DNA of 64,000 nucleotides from a virus: the IMG/VR virus record IMGVR_UViG_3300029928_000010; one strand, 5' to 3'. Position numbers and translations under genes: made by a program. The notes under the pieces were generated by a model. The model saw nothing but the letters and a program-made list of their open reading frames with translations. It was not told where the DNA came from and did not search any database. Positions 48,581-57,402 of the stretch are shown one piece after another (position 1 is the stretch's first letter; each line of letters starts with the position of its first letter).

Positions 48581-48608
48581 ACCTCTCCCATCCTCACGGA
48601 CAGGAGAG
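48581..48608. promoter_or_regulatory. Hairpin B: 7-bp stem cctctcc/ggagagg, 14-nt loop CATCCTCACGGACA
   Basis: The loop matches hairpin A at 13 of 14 positions. The stems differ but each pairs with itself (covariation). Lies 60 nt downstream of the Cro-like gene on the minus-strand transcript. Confidence 0.5.
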
Positions 48609-48666
48609 GGATAACGCTTTAATATGAATTTTACCTAAAAGCTAACATATAGCTTTTCACCTTATT

Positions 48667-48870
48667 TTATCTAACTAATTTCTGCTCTTTAACCTTGACA
48701 CCCCCAAAGCGATTGAGGGCTACGTTTCTGATGTCGCCAGCCTTCTTGCTATTGGTTCGGAAGGATAATGCATTGTACACTGCCGCTTGACCACAGCCGA
48801 TAACTGCCATTATTTTAGAAATTTTGTCTCTTTCGACTAAAATTCTTTCTGTTTTTACTATTTTATTCAT
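48667..48870 (-). CDS. Cro-like small HTH regulator
   Basis: 67 aa. HTH-like ISKIMAVIGCGQAAVYNALS. Divergent from the XRE repressor gene. Heads the leftward early operon. Confidence 0.4.
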   Translation of the reverse strand: MNKIVKTERILVERDKISKIMAVIGCGQAAVYNALSFRTNSKKAGDIRNVALNRFGGVKVKEQKLVR

Positions 48871-48879
48871 AACTTTTTA

Positions 48880-49026
48880 TTATATTTGCACACGAAATAA
48901 TATTATCAGATGGTTACGAGAACCATTTACGAGTGCAAAGATACATATTTGTAGGCAAACGCCCAAGTTTGTAGGCATTCTTTTATAATTACTTAGTATA
49001 TTTACACATTTATAAACACTAGCGTT
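48880..49026. promoter_or_regulatory. Lysis/lysogeny switch region: back-to-back promoters and direct-repeat operators
   Basis: Minus-strand -7 TATCTTTG at about 48938-48945 (within cgagtgcaaagata). Plus-strand cAtaTTTG at about 48944-48951 and TATATTTG at about 48884. Direct repeats (a/g)TTTGTAGGCA at 48947-48957 and 48967-48977. Inverted repeat tggtt-acgag-aacca at about 48911-48925. Confidence 0.4.
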
Positions 49027-49419
49027 ATGGAAGGACTAAAGGAACGTATCAATGAGATAAAGGACTATTACAGACTGTCTAACAGAGGGTTTGCTGCTGC
49101 TCTAGGCACAAAACCTGCTGCAACCAACAACTATCTCAACGGAACAAAAGAGCCATCACTAGATTTCGTGGATGCAATTTTGTCTAAGTACGTGGACATT
49201 TCTGCGGAATGGCTCTTGCGTGGCAAAGGAAGTATGTTTTGCGATGACAAGCCAACAGACGAGGAAGTAACTAAAGAATTGGCTGATGCCAAGGTGAAGA
49301 TGCTTGTAAAGGATGGGATCATCAAGGAACTAAAAGATTTGATTCTCGAAAAGAACAGTGGTAAGAAGACGAGCAAGGACGAGATTGTCACACAGAAGTG
49401 GGAAGAAAAGTTCGGATAA
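49027..49419 (+). CDS. XRE-family HTH repressor (CI-like)
   Basis: 130 aa. HTH LSNRGFAAALGTKPAATNNYLNG. ISAEWLLRGKGSM motif common in Bacteroidetes XRE regulators. Confidence 0.5.
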   Translation: MEGLKERINEIKDYYRLSNRGFAAALGTKPAATNNYLNGTKEPSLDFVDAILSKYVDISAEWLLRGKGSMFCDDKPTDEEVTKELADAKVKMLVKDGIIKELKDLILEKNSGKKTSKDEIVTQKWEEKFG

Positions 49420-49440
49420 TACCACTTGTACCAAACAAAA

Positions 49441-49472
49441 AAGGAGGGCACTAGGCTCTCCTTTTTTATTCA
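49441..49472. terminator. Bidirectional rho-independent terminator
   Basis: aaaaaaggagggcactaggctctcc followed by ttttttatt. Ends the repressor gene and the convergent minus-strand operon. Confidence 0.5.
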
Positions 49473-49816
49473 AAATGAAACTTTGACGGATTATAAGGTA
49501 TGTCTGGGATTTTCCCTCGAAAATACTGCTCCTTCTCTTTGAGTTCAGCAAGCATTTCTTCCTCATCCTTTCTGCGAGTCAGCCACGACGACATTCTCTC
49601 GTTGAGCATTCTCTTATATTCAGCGGCACACTTATATGTGGCTTTGACCTTCCATTTTGTGCTTCTCCCTTGGATAGACCAAGAATGGACCTCTCGGACA
49701 TTGTATCTTCCATCTGTATTTGTTGTATGTTGCTGTACGCTATGAGTTATACCACACTTTGCTGCCTTCTTTAGCTTGCGAGGAATGCGCTGTTTATATT
49801 TCTTATATAGCTTCAT
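49466..49816 (-). CDS. Hypothetical basic protein
   Basis: 116 aa. Confidence 0.35.
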   Translation of the reverse strand: MKLYKKYKQRIPRKLKKAAKCGITHSVQQHTTNTDGRYNVREVHSWSIQGRSTKWKVKATYKCAAEYKRMLNERMSSWLTRRKDEEEMLAELKEKEQYFRGKIPDIPYNPSKFHFE

Positions 49817-50196
49817 CGCTCACCTCCTTTCGGCAATAAATCTTTGATGTAAGCCCATCTTTGGATTATCTCTGATGGAGAAATAGGTTTCCAACCACTT
49901 CTAGCGAGTTTGTTTCTATCGCTCACGCTGGCGGCTCTATAATATATAGGTGGATTTCTCACGGCATTAGGGACAAACTCAAACAGAACGTGCTCGGTTA
50001 AGTCTGGCTTTTCCGTTTTTGCATCGTGCCATACTTGGCTAAGGTCGGTGTATTCGACTTCCTCCTCTAGGATAGACTTCGTTTTGGCATGAGTAAGATG
50101 TGGCGAATAGCACTCGGTATCAACCGATACCAAATCGCTGACCTCGCCCAATCGTTCTGCGCTCTTTTGACGGATATAAATCTTCTTTGGTATCAT
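49813..50196 (-). CDS. Hypothetical protein
   Basis: 127 aa, 4-nt overlap. Confidence 0.35.
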   Translation of the reverse strand: MIPKKIYIRQKSAERLGEVSDLVSVDTECYSPHLTHAKTKSILEEEVEYTDLSQVWHDAKTEKPDLTEHVLFEFVPNAVRNPPIYYRAASVSDRNKLARSGWKPISPSEIIQRWAYIKDLLPKGGER

Positions 50197-50197
50197 T

Positions 50198-50497
50198 CTA
50201 GACCTCCTTTCTTACGTATTCAATATCCTTGTATGATATTCGCTCCTTGCTCCACGTTACCTCGTCAAGTTCATTGAAGTCGGCACCATCGGGTGTGTCT
50301 TCTCCAATTACCAAGAAGATACGATCAGGAACGTTCTCCATTTCGTTCTCTCCCTCAAACTCTCGAATGGTGGCGTCTAGGAGGTCGTATATTTTTTCGA
50401 CATCACCTTCAAACAGGAGTGGTTTTACCTTGCCATTCCAATTCTTAAGTTTCTTCCTAGCCTCCTTCCATGCTTCGTAAGTCTCTTGTGTAATCAT
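50198..50497 (-). CDS. Hypothetical acidic protein
   Basis: 99 aa. Confidence 0.35.
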   Translation of the reverse strand: MITQETYEAWKEARKKLKNWNGKVKPLLFEGDVEKIYDLLDATIREFEGENEMENVPDRIFLVIGEDTPDGADFNELDEVTWSKERISYKDIEYVRKEV

Positions 50498-50508
50498 AAG
50501 CTATAATA

Positions 50509-50778
50509 TTAAAACTTTATATTTTCCTTCCACCACTCTAGCGTAGTCGGAAACTTCGGTTTCGTCTTTTTGTAATGTCTAAAACGCATAATCTTCCAAT
50601 ATGCATTGATGAAATTTTTGCAAGGTTTACCTGTGTCAAAGCAACTAAAATTACATCGGATATTACGTTTGCTATCATACATCATGATGTACACATAGCA
50701 ATTATCCGACCACGATTCTTTCTTGTAATGCTTTTCTTCCCTCTTGCCCATACTGCTATATCTTTTTGTTTGTTGCAA
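50509..50778 (-). CDS. Hypothetical Cys-rich protein
   Basis: 89 aa. Confidence 0.3.
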   Translation of the reverse strand: MQQTKRYSSMGKREEKHYKKESWSDNCYVYIMMYDSKRNIRCNFSCFDTGKPCKNFINAYWKIMRFRHYKKTKPKFPTTLEWWKENIKF

Positions 50779-51400
50779 TCTCGGATATACGTCTTACCTT
50801 CTCTATAGTCTTTCTTGGAGGGAAAAAACGATTCTCTAATTCGCTTGCGGCTATATCTGACAAAGAGAGGATTCTGTTCAAGCACAGAGTGAGTTGATTG
50901 CGCTTTCTCTCGCTCTCAGCGAACTTACCTTTATACTCGTCACGTAACTTTGCATTCTCTTCTTCCAATTTCTTCTTGTTGGATTCTTCGAGTTCCTCTT
51001 TCTTCTTGTCGAGTTCCTTGCTTTTCTTTTGGAAGTCGGCATCAAGAAGACTATACTTCTCTAAATATTTCTCGTAAGCGGCTTTATTAGCCTTGATGCT
51101 ATCCTCAACCTCCTTACGCATTTGGTTCTCCACCTTCAAACGGACATCTTCGAAGTTGATGTAGGATTCAGAGGATTCTACTGTTCGTCTTCTTATCTTT
51201 GGTTCGTGTTCAAAACCATTTCGCTCTAATCTGGAAATAATGTCCTCACACTCCACCACAGTCTCCTTTCGAAGAATAACCTTGGCATCATTCTTCAAAG
51301 ATTCGTTGAGTTTCTTCAACTCCTTAACCTGCTCTTCCAACTCCTTGTTACGATTGCGGATTGCATCGTACTCTGACAAATCTACATTTACTACTGCCAT
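50756..51400 (-). CDS. Coiled-coil protein
   Basis: 214 aa, E/K-rich heptad-like composition. Confidence 0.4.
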   Translation of the reverse strand: MAVVNVDLSEYDAIRNRNKELEEQVKELKKLNESLKNDAKVILRKETVVECEDIISRLERNGFEHEPKIRRRTVESSESYINFEDVRLKVENQMRKEVEDSIKANKAAYEKYLEKYSLLDADFQKKSKELDKKKEELEESNKKKLEEENAKLRDEYKGKFAESERKRNQLTLCLNRILSLSDIAASELENRFFPPRKTIEKVRRISEIATNKKI

Positions 51401-51523
51401 AATCTCAATCTGTTACTAGTTTGTTTATGTATTTTCGCCACTCATAGTAGGAAAGTGGCATTCCTTTTCCGTAACCTATCTTGTATCGTTTGTAGCTTTT
51501 GTATGCTTTCAGCTTAATCTGCT

Positions 51524-51847
51524 CTAGTTCGTCCATAGGCTACGACTTTTCTTGATTCGCTCCTTGGCTTCCTTTATAAAAGGATGATTCCCACTAATAC
51601 CACATTCTTTTTTGAATCTCTTCAACTCATTGAGGTTTCTGCACTCGTCAGGTGACTGAATTGCAAACACATACTTTTGCTGCATACGGAAGAAATGAAG
51701 CCCAGAAAGCTTTGTCGTATCAGTTATTAAACTATGCCACTTCTCTCTTTCATTGCGGTCTGTACGATATTCATACCTTGCTCTATCTGTCAGCATACTA
51801 CAAACGAGCATATCGAAAGTTCTCTTCTTCTTTTTCATAAAAATCAA
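51524..51847 (-). CDS. Hypothetical protein
   Basis: 107 aa. Confidence 0.35.
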   Translation of the reverse strand: MIFMKKKKRTFDMLVCSMLTDRARYEYRTDRNEREKWHSLITDTTKLSGLHFFRMQQKYVFAIQSPDECRNLNELKRFKKECGISGNHPFIKEAKERIKKSRSLWTN

Positions 51848-51881
51848 GTTAAGCCCCCCTCCGAAGAGAGGGCGGTTAATT

Positions 51882-52670
51882 TTACTTTACCATCATTATT
51901 TGTGGTACATTACCATATACGGGCAACTTCCCATCCCATTTCTCAATCCACATCTTTTGCAAGATTGCAGGGGTGAGCGATGCGGTCTTCAACTCGTTGG
52001 CTTCACGTTCTGCCTTGGCTTGCACAAGCATCTTTTCGGCTTCGGCTTTCTTGACGGCAACCTCATTGAGTGCTCTCTGTGCTTCTTGGATTGCCTTGTT
52101 CTTCTGATTGACGGCTTCGACAATAGAACTTGGGTACTTCAAGCCAGAAGTAAGCTGCTCTAGATGGAAGTGTTCCTTGGCAAGAGCCTTGCTAAGTTGG
52201 GCTTCGATTGCTTTCTCCACCAAATCACGATTGCTTACGATTTGGTCGGTGGTATATTTGTTCAGCTGAATGCGGAAGGCATCCTTCACGTAGTTGAACA
52301 AAGTACCATTGATGATGTCCTTCAACTCCTTACGGTACTTCTTGAATACCTTTGGTGCATTTCCATCCACCATTTTGAGCGACACGGTAGGGTCAACAGT
52401 AAACTCTGAACCATCCTTGGCATTGATGGTGAAAGGTGGATAGTCGATGGTCTGCACGAATGTTGGGTACTCGTAAACCTCTTCCGTGAAAGGATTGTAC
52501 CAAACACGACCTGTGACAAGGCTCACATCATCCACACCTTTGTCAGAGCCATAAAGGTTGACCAAGATACCCTCAGAACCTGCATCTACACGCTCGCTGC
52601 ATGAAGTGGTTGAAAACAATGCTGCTCCAAGCAGCGTTACCAAAAACAAACGATTAATTTTTCTGTTCAT
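51882..52670 (-). CDS. SPFH/band-7 domain lipoprotein
   Basis: 262 aa. Signal peptide with lipobox LFSTTSCS. C-terminal A/E/K-rich coiled region typical of prohibitin/stomatin-like proteins. Confidence 0.5.
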   Translation of the reverse strand: MNRKINRLFLVTLLGAALFSTTSCSERVDAGSEGILVNLYGSDKGVDDVSLVTGRVWYNPFTEEVYEYPTFVQTIDYPPFTINAKDGSEFTVDPTVSLKMVDGNAPKVFKKYRKELKDIINGTLFNYVKDAFRIQLNKYTTDQIVSNRDLVEKAIEAQLSKALAKEHFHLEQLTSGLKYPSSIVEAVNQKNKAIQEAQRALNEVAVKKAEAEKMLVQAKAEREANELKTASLTPAILQKMWIEKWDGKLPVYGNVPQIMMVK

Positions 52671-52863
52671 CTTTCTTGTTATTTTTGAATGTTAAACAAT
52701 TTGTTGCGATTGAGAACAATATCCATAGGGTGAACGCTATCACTCCAATAATGTTCAAGGTGGTGTCTGCCTTGCTGACAGCCCTAAGACTTAGGCTAAG
52801 AATCATAAGCGTTGAGAGTAGCCAAACAACAAACAACATCACTTTCCATTTGATTTTCTTCAT
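52654..52863 (-). CDS. Small two-TM membrane protein (possible SPFH partner)
   Basis: 69 aa, two hydrophobic helices. 17-nt overlap with the SPFH gene. Confidence 0.4.
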   Translation of the reverse strand: MKKIKWKVMLFVVWLLSTLMILSLSLRAVSKADTTLNIIGVIAFTLWILFSIATNCLTFKNNKKDEQKN

Positions 52864-52877
52864 AATTCAAAGTATTT

Positions 52878-53588
52878 TTATAATTGTTTCTTCTTTAGTC
52901 TTTCGTAAACCTCTAGAATCTCCTTATCGGATAGAGGTTCTTCGTCTAGTCTATACTGGAAGAACTTGACCTTTGTGATAGCAGACACCGCATATTTCTG
53001 CGCAAGCTTCGCTATCCCATTGAGCGTGCCGGTCTTCTTGTAAACATCAACGACATCACGGATATACTTGATGAATTGTTGCTTCTGATACTCTGCTACG
53101 TTGACAGGTGCTTGTTGAGAGCGAGTAATAACAATCTTTTCATCGCTACCTTGGTTAAGACAATCCTCGCCACGTTTTGAGATGTTCATGCAATCACAGA
53201 ACTCATCTGCCCTTGTATATGCGCTACAGAGTGCGCCACGGAGAGAATCAAGCATATTCTTAAGTTTGATGTTCTCATCGGCAAGTCTATTCAACTTAAC
53301 AGCCTTCTCCTTGATGTACTCTTGGCTATTATTGAAGGCTGCTTGCAGCTTTTCGTACCTATTTTTTAAATTATCGAACTTGGCACGGATTTTTTCTCCG
53401 TTCCACTTCTTCGGCAAGATTTCCTTTCTCTCGGAATAGGTTGCAAGCATATTCTTGTACAAGGTTTCTTGCTTATCCAACTTGGACTTCAACTCCTCGT
53501 TCTCTTTTTTGAGGGAGTCACGTTCCGCCTTGACCTTATCGTAGTTCTTCAAGACGATGTTCAACTCCTCTTCCTTTGTTCTTTCCAT
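52878..53588 (-). CDS. Coiled-coil protein
   Basis: 236 aa. N-terminal coiled coil, Cys-containing middle region. Confidence 0.4.
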   Translation of the reverse strand: MERTKEEELNIVLKNYDKVKAERDSLKKENEELKSKLDKQETLYKNMLATYSERKEILPKKWNGEKIRAKFDNLKNRYEKLQAAFNNSQEYIKEKAVKLNRLADENIKLKNMLDSLRGALCSAYTRADEFCDCMNISKRGEDCLNQGSDEKIVITRSQQAPVNVAEYQKQQFIKYIRDVVDVYKKTGTLNGIAKLAQKYAVSAITKVKFFQYRLDEEPLSDKEILEVYERLKKKQL

Positions 53589-53601
53589 AAACTCTATAAG
53601 T

Positions 53602-53808
53602 TTAATAGGATTTTCTATGTTTTCTTAAGACCGAGCCATTATAGGCAGCAGCGAGTGCTTGCCAACTTTTAGGTTTTTTGCCTTTTTTAGTCAAGAAATG
53701 CGCTCTGAACATTTCCATCCAAACTTCTTCTCTGTAATCTTTCCAACCTTTGTAGTCGCAATAGTCGTTGAACTCCTTGCGCGTAGGTATATAATTTAAT
53801 TTATTCAT
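53602..53808 (-). CDS. Small basic protein
   Basis: 68 aa. First gene of the operon. Confidence 0.35.
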   Translation of the reverse strand: MNKLNYIPTRKEFNDYCDYKGWKDYREEVWMEMFRAHFLTKKGKKPKSWQALAAAYNGSVLRKHRKSY

Positions 53809-53859
53809 AACGATATATTTTTTTTATTTTTAAACCTGCCAACTTAGATTCGCACGTGG

Positions 53860-54258
53860 GTATAAAGTCCCCTTTAGCGAAAGTGCAAGAATTTCCGTCT
53901 TACCAATCGCCGCAGGGTTCTCTCTTTCTGCCGAACTTGAGTTCATGCTTTCGAGGGATGCGCAACCAAAGCATGGCGCAACACTTCACTGATTCAAGAT
54001 GCTTCTTGGTGCAAGTCTCAGCTAGACTTCTCTGCTATCGCACTGTCCCCCACCTTTCGGTGCCCGCTTATGCAGCCTTGGTTGCAGAGTTTTAGATGAT
54101 AGCCAAAATGACTATGGTGTAACTATCAAATATCATTATCCCAACAAAGGGAATGCAAAAATCCCCAAAGTTGTGTTGTGACCAACTAAGGGGATTCATA
54201 TATATATCGTTACCTATTGAAGGCTACAATAATTTTCAATATCTTCTTGTGTCAATCA
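53860..54258 (-). ncRNA. Long leader / candidate structured RNA upstream of the moron operon
   Basis: About 450 nt of non-coding sequence between the minus-strand TACTTTTG promoter motif (about 54262-54280) and the ATG at 53808. GC-richer than its surroundings, with GNRA-like cgaaag loops. The only ORF here (53856-54095, plus strand) has non-protein-like composition. Confidence 0.2.
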
Positions 54259-54559
54259 CAACTTGACGAGTGCAAAAGTAATACGATTTTCGGTAACCTC
54301 CAAATTGCTTTAAGGTCAGTTAAGATTTAGAAAAGGTCTAAATATCAAAGAAAAGTACCCAAAAATTTGTGTTATAAAAAAGTTATCATTATCTTTGCAG
54401 TGAAAAAGGAAATTACTGAATTGCAGCTTGTTAGAAAATTTCAAGTATGACCCCTAAGGGTGTACTACTATAGCAAAAGAATGACGCTTTAAAATGAATT
54501 TTTCTAAAAGGAATATAGCTGTAATCATCTAGTTAATAGATAGTTACAGCTACATTTGT

Positions 54560-54733
54560 TTTCACGAGTTGATAACATATTGATAACATCGAAAGAAATA
54601 ACGTTACGATAACGTTATACGTTGGTATCTTTACAACTTGTTGATAACCAAACATTTCAGCTTTTCCCAACAAATGTTAAACAAAAGTGTGTTATGACTA
54701 TGTTATCAACCACTTGTAAAGATGTTATCACAA
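54560..54733. repeat. Array of TTGATAACA / TGTTATCAA motifs upstream of int
   Basis: Direct ttgataacat-a-ttgataacat at about 54563-54584. gataacgttatacg palindrome at about 54603. gttgataacc at 54641. Inverted atgttatcaa at 54692 and 54722. Confidence 0.5.
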
Positions 54734-54734
54734 A

Positions 54735-55871
54735 ATGGGGAAAATTAATTTAAGTATTATTCACAATCGGTTGAAGCGTGGAACGGCTCAAAAGCCTGTT
54801 TCGGTGGAATTAAGGTTCACTTGTGGGGGTAAGCGTAAGTATATCTCCACTGGGGTGAAAGTATGCCCTTCGCAATGGTCTGAGGGTAGTAAGCATGTTA
54901 TCAGATGCAAGGATGCCGAGGTTTTCAACAAGCAAATTGATGCCTTCGTGGATAGAGCAAACGAGGTTATCGCCAAGATGATTGCCAAAGGCTCTACAGA
55001 CCTAGAGGAGATTCCTGCACTGATGGATGGCTGCTCCAATAAGTTTGCTGACTTCATCACCTACTGCGAGGAACGTACCAAGCAACGCAAAGTGAGCGAC
55101 CACACCAAGCGAAGATACAAGGTCTTCACCGACTTCTTGAAGAAATGGGGAAAGATTAAGGAGTTCTCCGATGTCAACGTATCTAACGTGCGTGCTCTGG
55201 ACGAATACTTGCACTCCAAGGGATTAGAACAGAGTACTGTCTATTGCTACCACAAGTATCTTAAGCTATTCGTGCGTGATGCGTGCATTGATGAGCTTGT
55301 GGAGAAGAATCCGTATAACTACCTACCTTTCAAGATTGGCAAAGGAGACAAGGAATTTGTGGATTGTCTGCCTATCGAAAAGTTCGAGAGTATCAAGCGA
55401 TTGCACCTAGAAGTGGACTATCTCGTCAAGGCTAGGGATTTGTTCTTGATGCAGTGTTACACTGGGTTGGCTTACTCCGACCTTATGGCTTTCGATTTCA
55501 GCGAGTGCGAGGAATCGGGCGGCAAATACTATTACCACGGCAAGCGAGTGAAGACTGACACGGATTTCACCTTCCAGCTATTGGGCGGTGCGGTTGCCAT
55601 CCTAAAGAAGTACGACTTTCGATTGCCCTCTATCAGCAATCAGAAGTACAACGAGTATCTGAAAGCTATCGGTGCCATTGTTGGTGTGCCCAAGCTGCAT
55701 AGTCACATGGGCAGGGCTACGGCTGCTACGCTCTTCCTCTCGTTCGGGATGCCCATCAACGTGGTGGCAAAGGTGCTCGGGCATACCAACATCAGGCAGA
55801 CACAAAGATACGCTCGTACGCTCAATCGTGATGTTTATTCGGCATTTGATAACATCGAAGGCAAGATTTGA
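54735..55871 (+). CDS. int: Tyrosine integrase/recombinase (Bacteroides type)
   Basis: 378 aa. C-terminal catalytic region with HxxR (HSHMGRAT) and TQRYAR containing the nucleophilic Tyr. N-terminal SAM-like DNA-binding region. Confidence 0.85.
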   Translation: MGKINLSIIHNRLKRGTAQKPVSVELRFTCGGKRKYISTGVKVCPSQWSEGSKHVIRCKDAEVFNKQIDAFVDRANEVIAKMIAKGSTDLEEIPALMDGCSNKFADFITYCEERTKQRKVSDHTKRRYKVFTDFLKKWGKIKEFSDVNVSNVRALDEYLHSKGLEQSTVYCYHKYLKLFVRDACIDELVEKNPYNYLPFKIGKGDKEFVDCLPIEKFESIKRLHLEVDYLVKARDLFLMQCYTGLAYSDLMAFDFSECEESGGKYYYHGKRVKTDTDFTFQLLGGAVAILKKYDFRLPSISNQKYNEYLKAIGAIVGVPKLHSHMGRATAATLFLSFGMPINVVAKVLGHTNIRQTQRYARTLNRDVYSAFDNIEGKI

Positions 55872-55930
55872 TAACATATCTGATAACATAACGCTAGATA
55901 ACTAGCTTATTCTATGCGTGTTATCAAGAA
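55866..55930. repeat. Array of TTGATAACA motifs downstream of int
   Basis: ttgataacat-atc-tgataacat-aacgc-tagataact, then the inverted gtgttatcaag at about 55918. Confidence 0.5.
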
Positions 55931-55957
55931 CTGACAAAAACGACTAAAGGGTAGCCA

Positions 55958-56374
55958 TCACTGACTACCCTTTTCTTCTTGTTGTTGGTCTCGCTCTCGT
56001 TTCTCCCTTATGGCTTGTCTTATCCACTCGGGTCTCTTGTTGCCCATAGCGTCTAGGAAATCATACATTTCCTCGTTAACGTGGATTACCACTCGGTTTA
56101 CTAGGGCTTCCTTGCCCTTGCCTTTCCATCCTGCTCCCTCTCTGTAACCTCCCCACCCTGGGTGCAGGTTCTTCGCTTGCACCACCTTGCCTTTTCTCGT
56201 AAGGTTAAGGCGGAAGATAAGCTTCTGACCATTGTACACCTCGGCATACTGGGCATCGGGTGTTGTCTGTAGCGCATTTTCGGCTACTGCCTTTATCTGC
56301 TCTTTCTTGTCGCTCAACATTTCCGTCTCGTCCAAGATGCACAAATCATCATATACTACGATTCTCGCTCTCAT
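55958..56374 (-). CDS. Hypothetical protein
   Basis: 138 aa. Confidence 0.35.
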   Translation of the reverse strand: MRARIVVYDDLCILDETEMLSDKKEQIKAVAENALQTTPDAQYAEVYNGQKLIFRLNLTRKGKVVQAKNLHPGWGGYREGAGWKGKGKEALVNRVVIHVNEEMYDFLDAMGNKRPEWIRQAIREKRERDQQQEEKGSQ

Positions 56375-56481
56375 AGCTTTCAGAAAATTGTGGGGAGTCG
56401 GTTACACTCCCCATTACCTTTTAACTCAATATTCCTACAATAATGCTGAAAAAGAAGATTATCAGCACAAACCATTCCTGC

Positions 56482-56757
56482 TTACTCATTATTGTTACCT
56501 CCTTCCTGCTCAGTCAGTGAAACAATATCGTTAACGCTCTCGTCCTCGGTGAAGAAAGAAACCGACATATCCTCGTTGAGATAAGCCATTGCCACAACTT
56601 CTTTATGCGAGTTCTTGATGATACAAACATCACCCCTTATCTCGCTCTGTCCCTTTAGGTAGCGGATTGCGGTCTCCTTGATTGCCAAAGGATTCAACTT
56701 CTTCGTTGTCACGTCTCCACTCATTGGGAAGACAAACTTAAACTCTTGCTTCTTCAT
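56482..56757 (-). CDS. Hypothetical protein
   Basis: 91 aa. Confidence 0.3.
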   Translation of the reverse strand: MKKQEFKFVFPMSGDVTTKKLNPLAIKETAIRYLKGQSEIRGDVCIIKNSHKEVVAMAYLNEDMSVSFFTEDESVNDIVSLTEQEGGNNNE

Positions 56758-57128
56758 ACTGCATCCTCCATTGGTTTATATCTGAATATAAAATCAACTG
56801 CTAGGTTGTCGTGGTCAACTTCGACATAAGCATAGCGGTTGAAGTCTTTCTTGTCACTCTCCTCGAAGTCTAGCGTACCATCTTGAAGCAACTTTCTATA
56901 AAGAACGTTTACCCACTCCTTTCTTGGTATTTTCTTTTTCCCTTTCTCACGAACAAAAACAGACACCATAAAAGTGAAAAACTTGACTTCGCAAAGTGCA
57001 TCATCAATGTAGCCACAATATCGCCCCTGCTCATCACTGGCACACTGGGAGAAGTGTTCTCCGAGCAAGCGAGAGACGATGAGCTTCTTATCGTCCTCGC
57101 TGAAATCGTAATTAACTATTCTACTCAT
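56754..57128 (-). CDS. Hypothetical protein
   Basis: 124 aa. Confidence 0.35.
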   Translation of the reverse strand: MSRIVNYDFSEDDKKLIVSRLLGEHFSQCASDEQGRYCGYIDDALCEVKFFTFMVSVFVREKGKKKIPRKEWVNVLYRKLLQDGTLDFEESDKKDFNRYAYVEVDHDNLAVDFIFRYKPMEDAV

Positions 57129-57402
57129 ATCTTTTCTTTACTTTAGAATCATCGCCCAAACCTTTTGCCAGTATCACACCTGTTTCGATTCCTTGAAGAT
57201 AGGTTTCTGCATCCTCGAAATTCATGTAGGTGCAAGAACTCAATCCGTCCTCGAAGATGTCAACACACTCGGATTCGTACCCCTCAGTGCTCTCTATCTC
57301 GAAGCATTCTCTTGAAAGGTGCTCGTTGATGTTGTTGACAAGTGCATTCAGATAGTCAATATCTCGCTTGTCCGCACCCATATTCTCGTTGTAATCAATC
57401 AT
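57121..57402 (-). CDS. Hypothetical acidic protein
   Basis: 93 aa. Confidence 0.35.
   Translation of the reverse strand: MIDYNENMGADKRDIDYLNALVNNINEHLSRECFEIESTEGYESECVDIFEDGLSSCTYMNFEDAETYLQGIETGVILAKGLGDDSKVKKRYE

Larger units (their letters stand above)
1..55930. mobile_element. Integrated temperate tailed phage (siphovirus-like). Its left end lies beyond the window start and its right boundary near the integrase is uncertain.
   Basis: Contiguous packaging, head, tail, DGR, fiber, lysis, recombination/early, Cro/CI-like and integrase modules. Gene packing is phage-like, and Bacteroides-type TAnnTTTG promoter motifs occur throughout. Confidence 0.6.

Noticed and set aside
53856-54095. 79-aa plus-strand ORF in the leader region
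   Set aside because: Non-protein-like composition (S/P/Q/R-rich, no hydrophobic core). Lies in a GC-richer non-coding leader, so it is treated as RNA/leader sequence.
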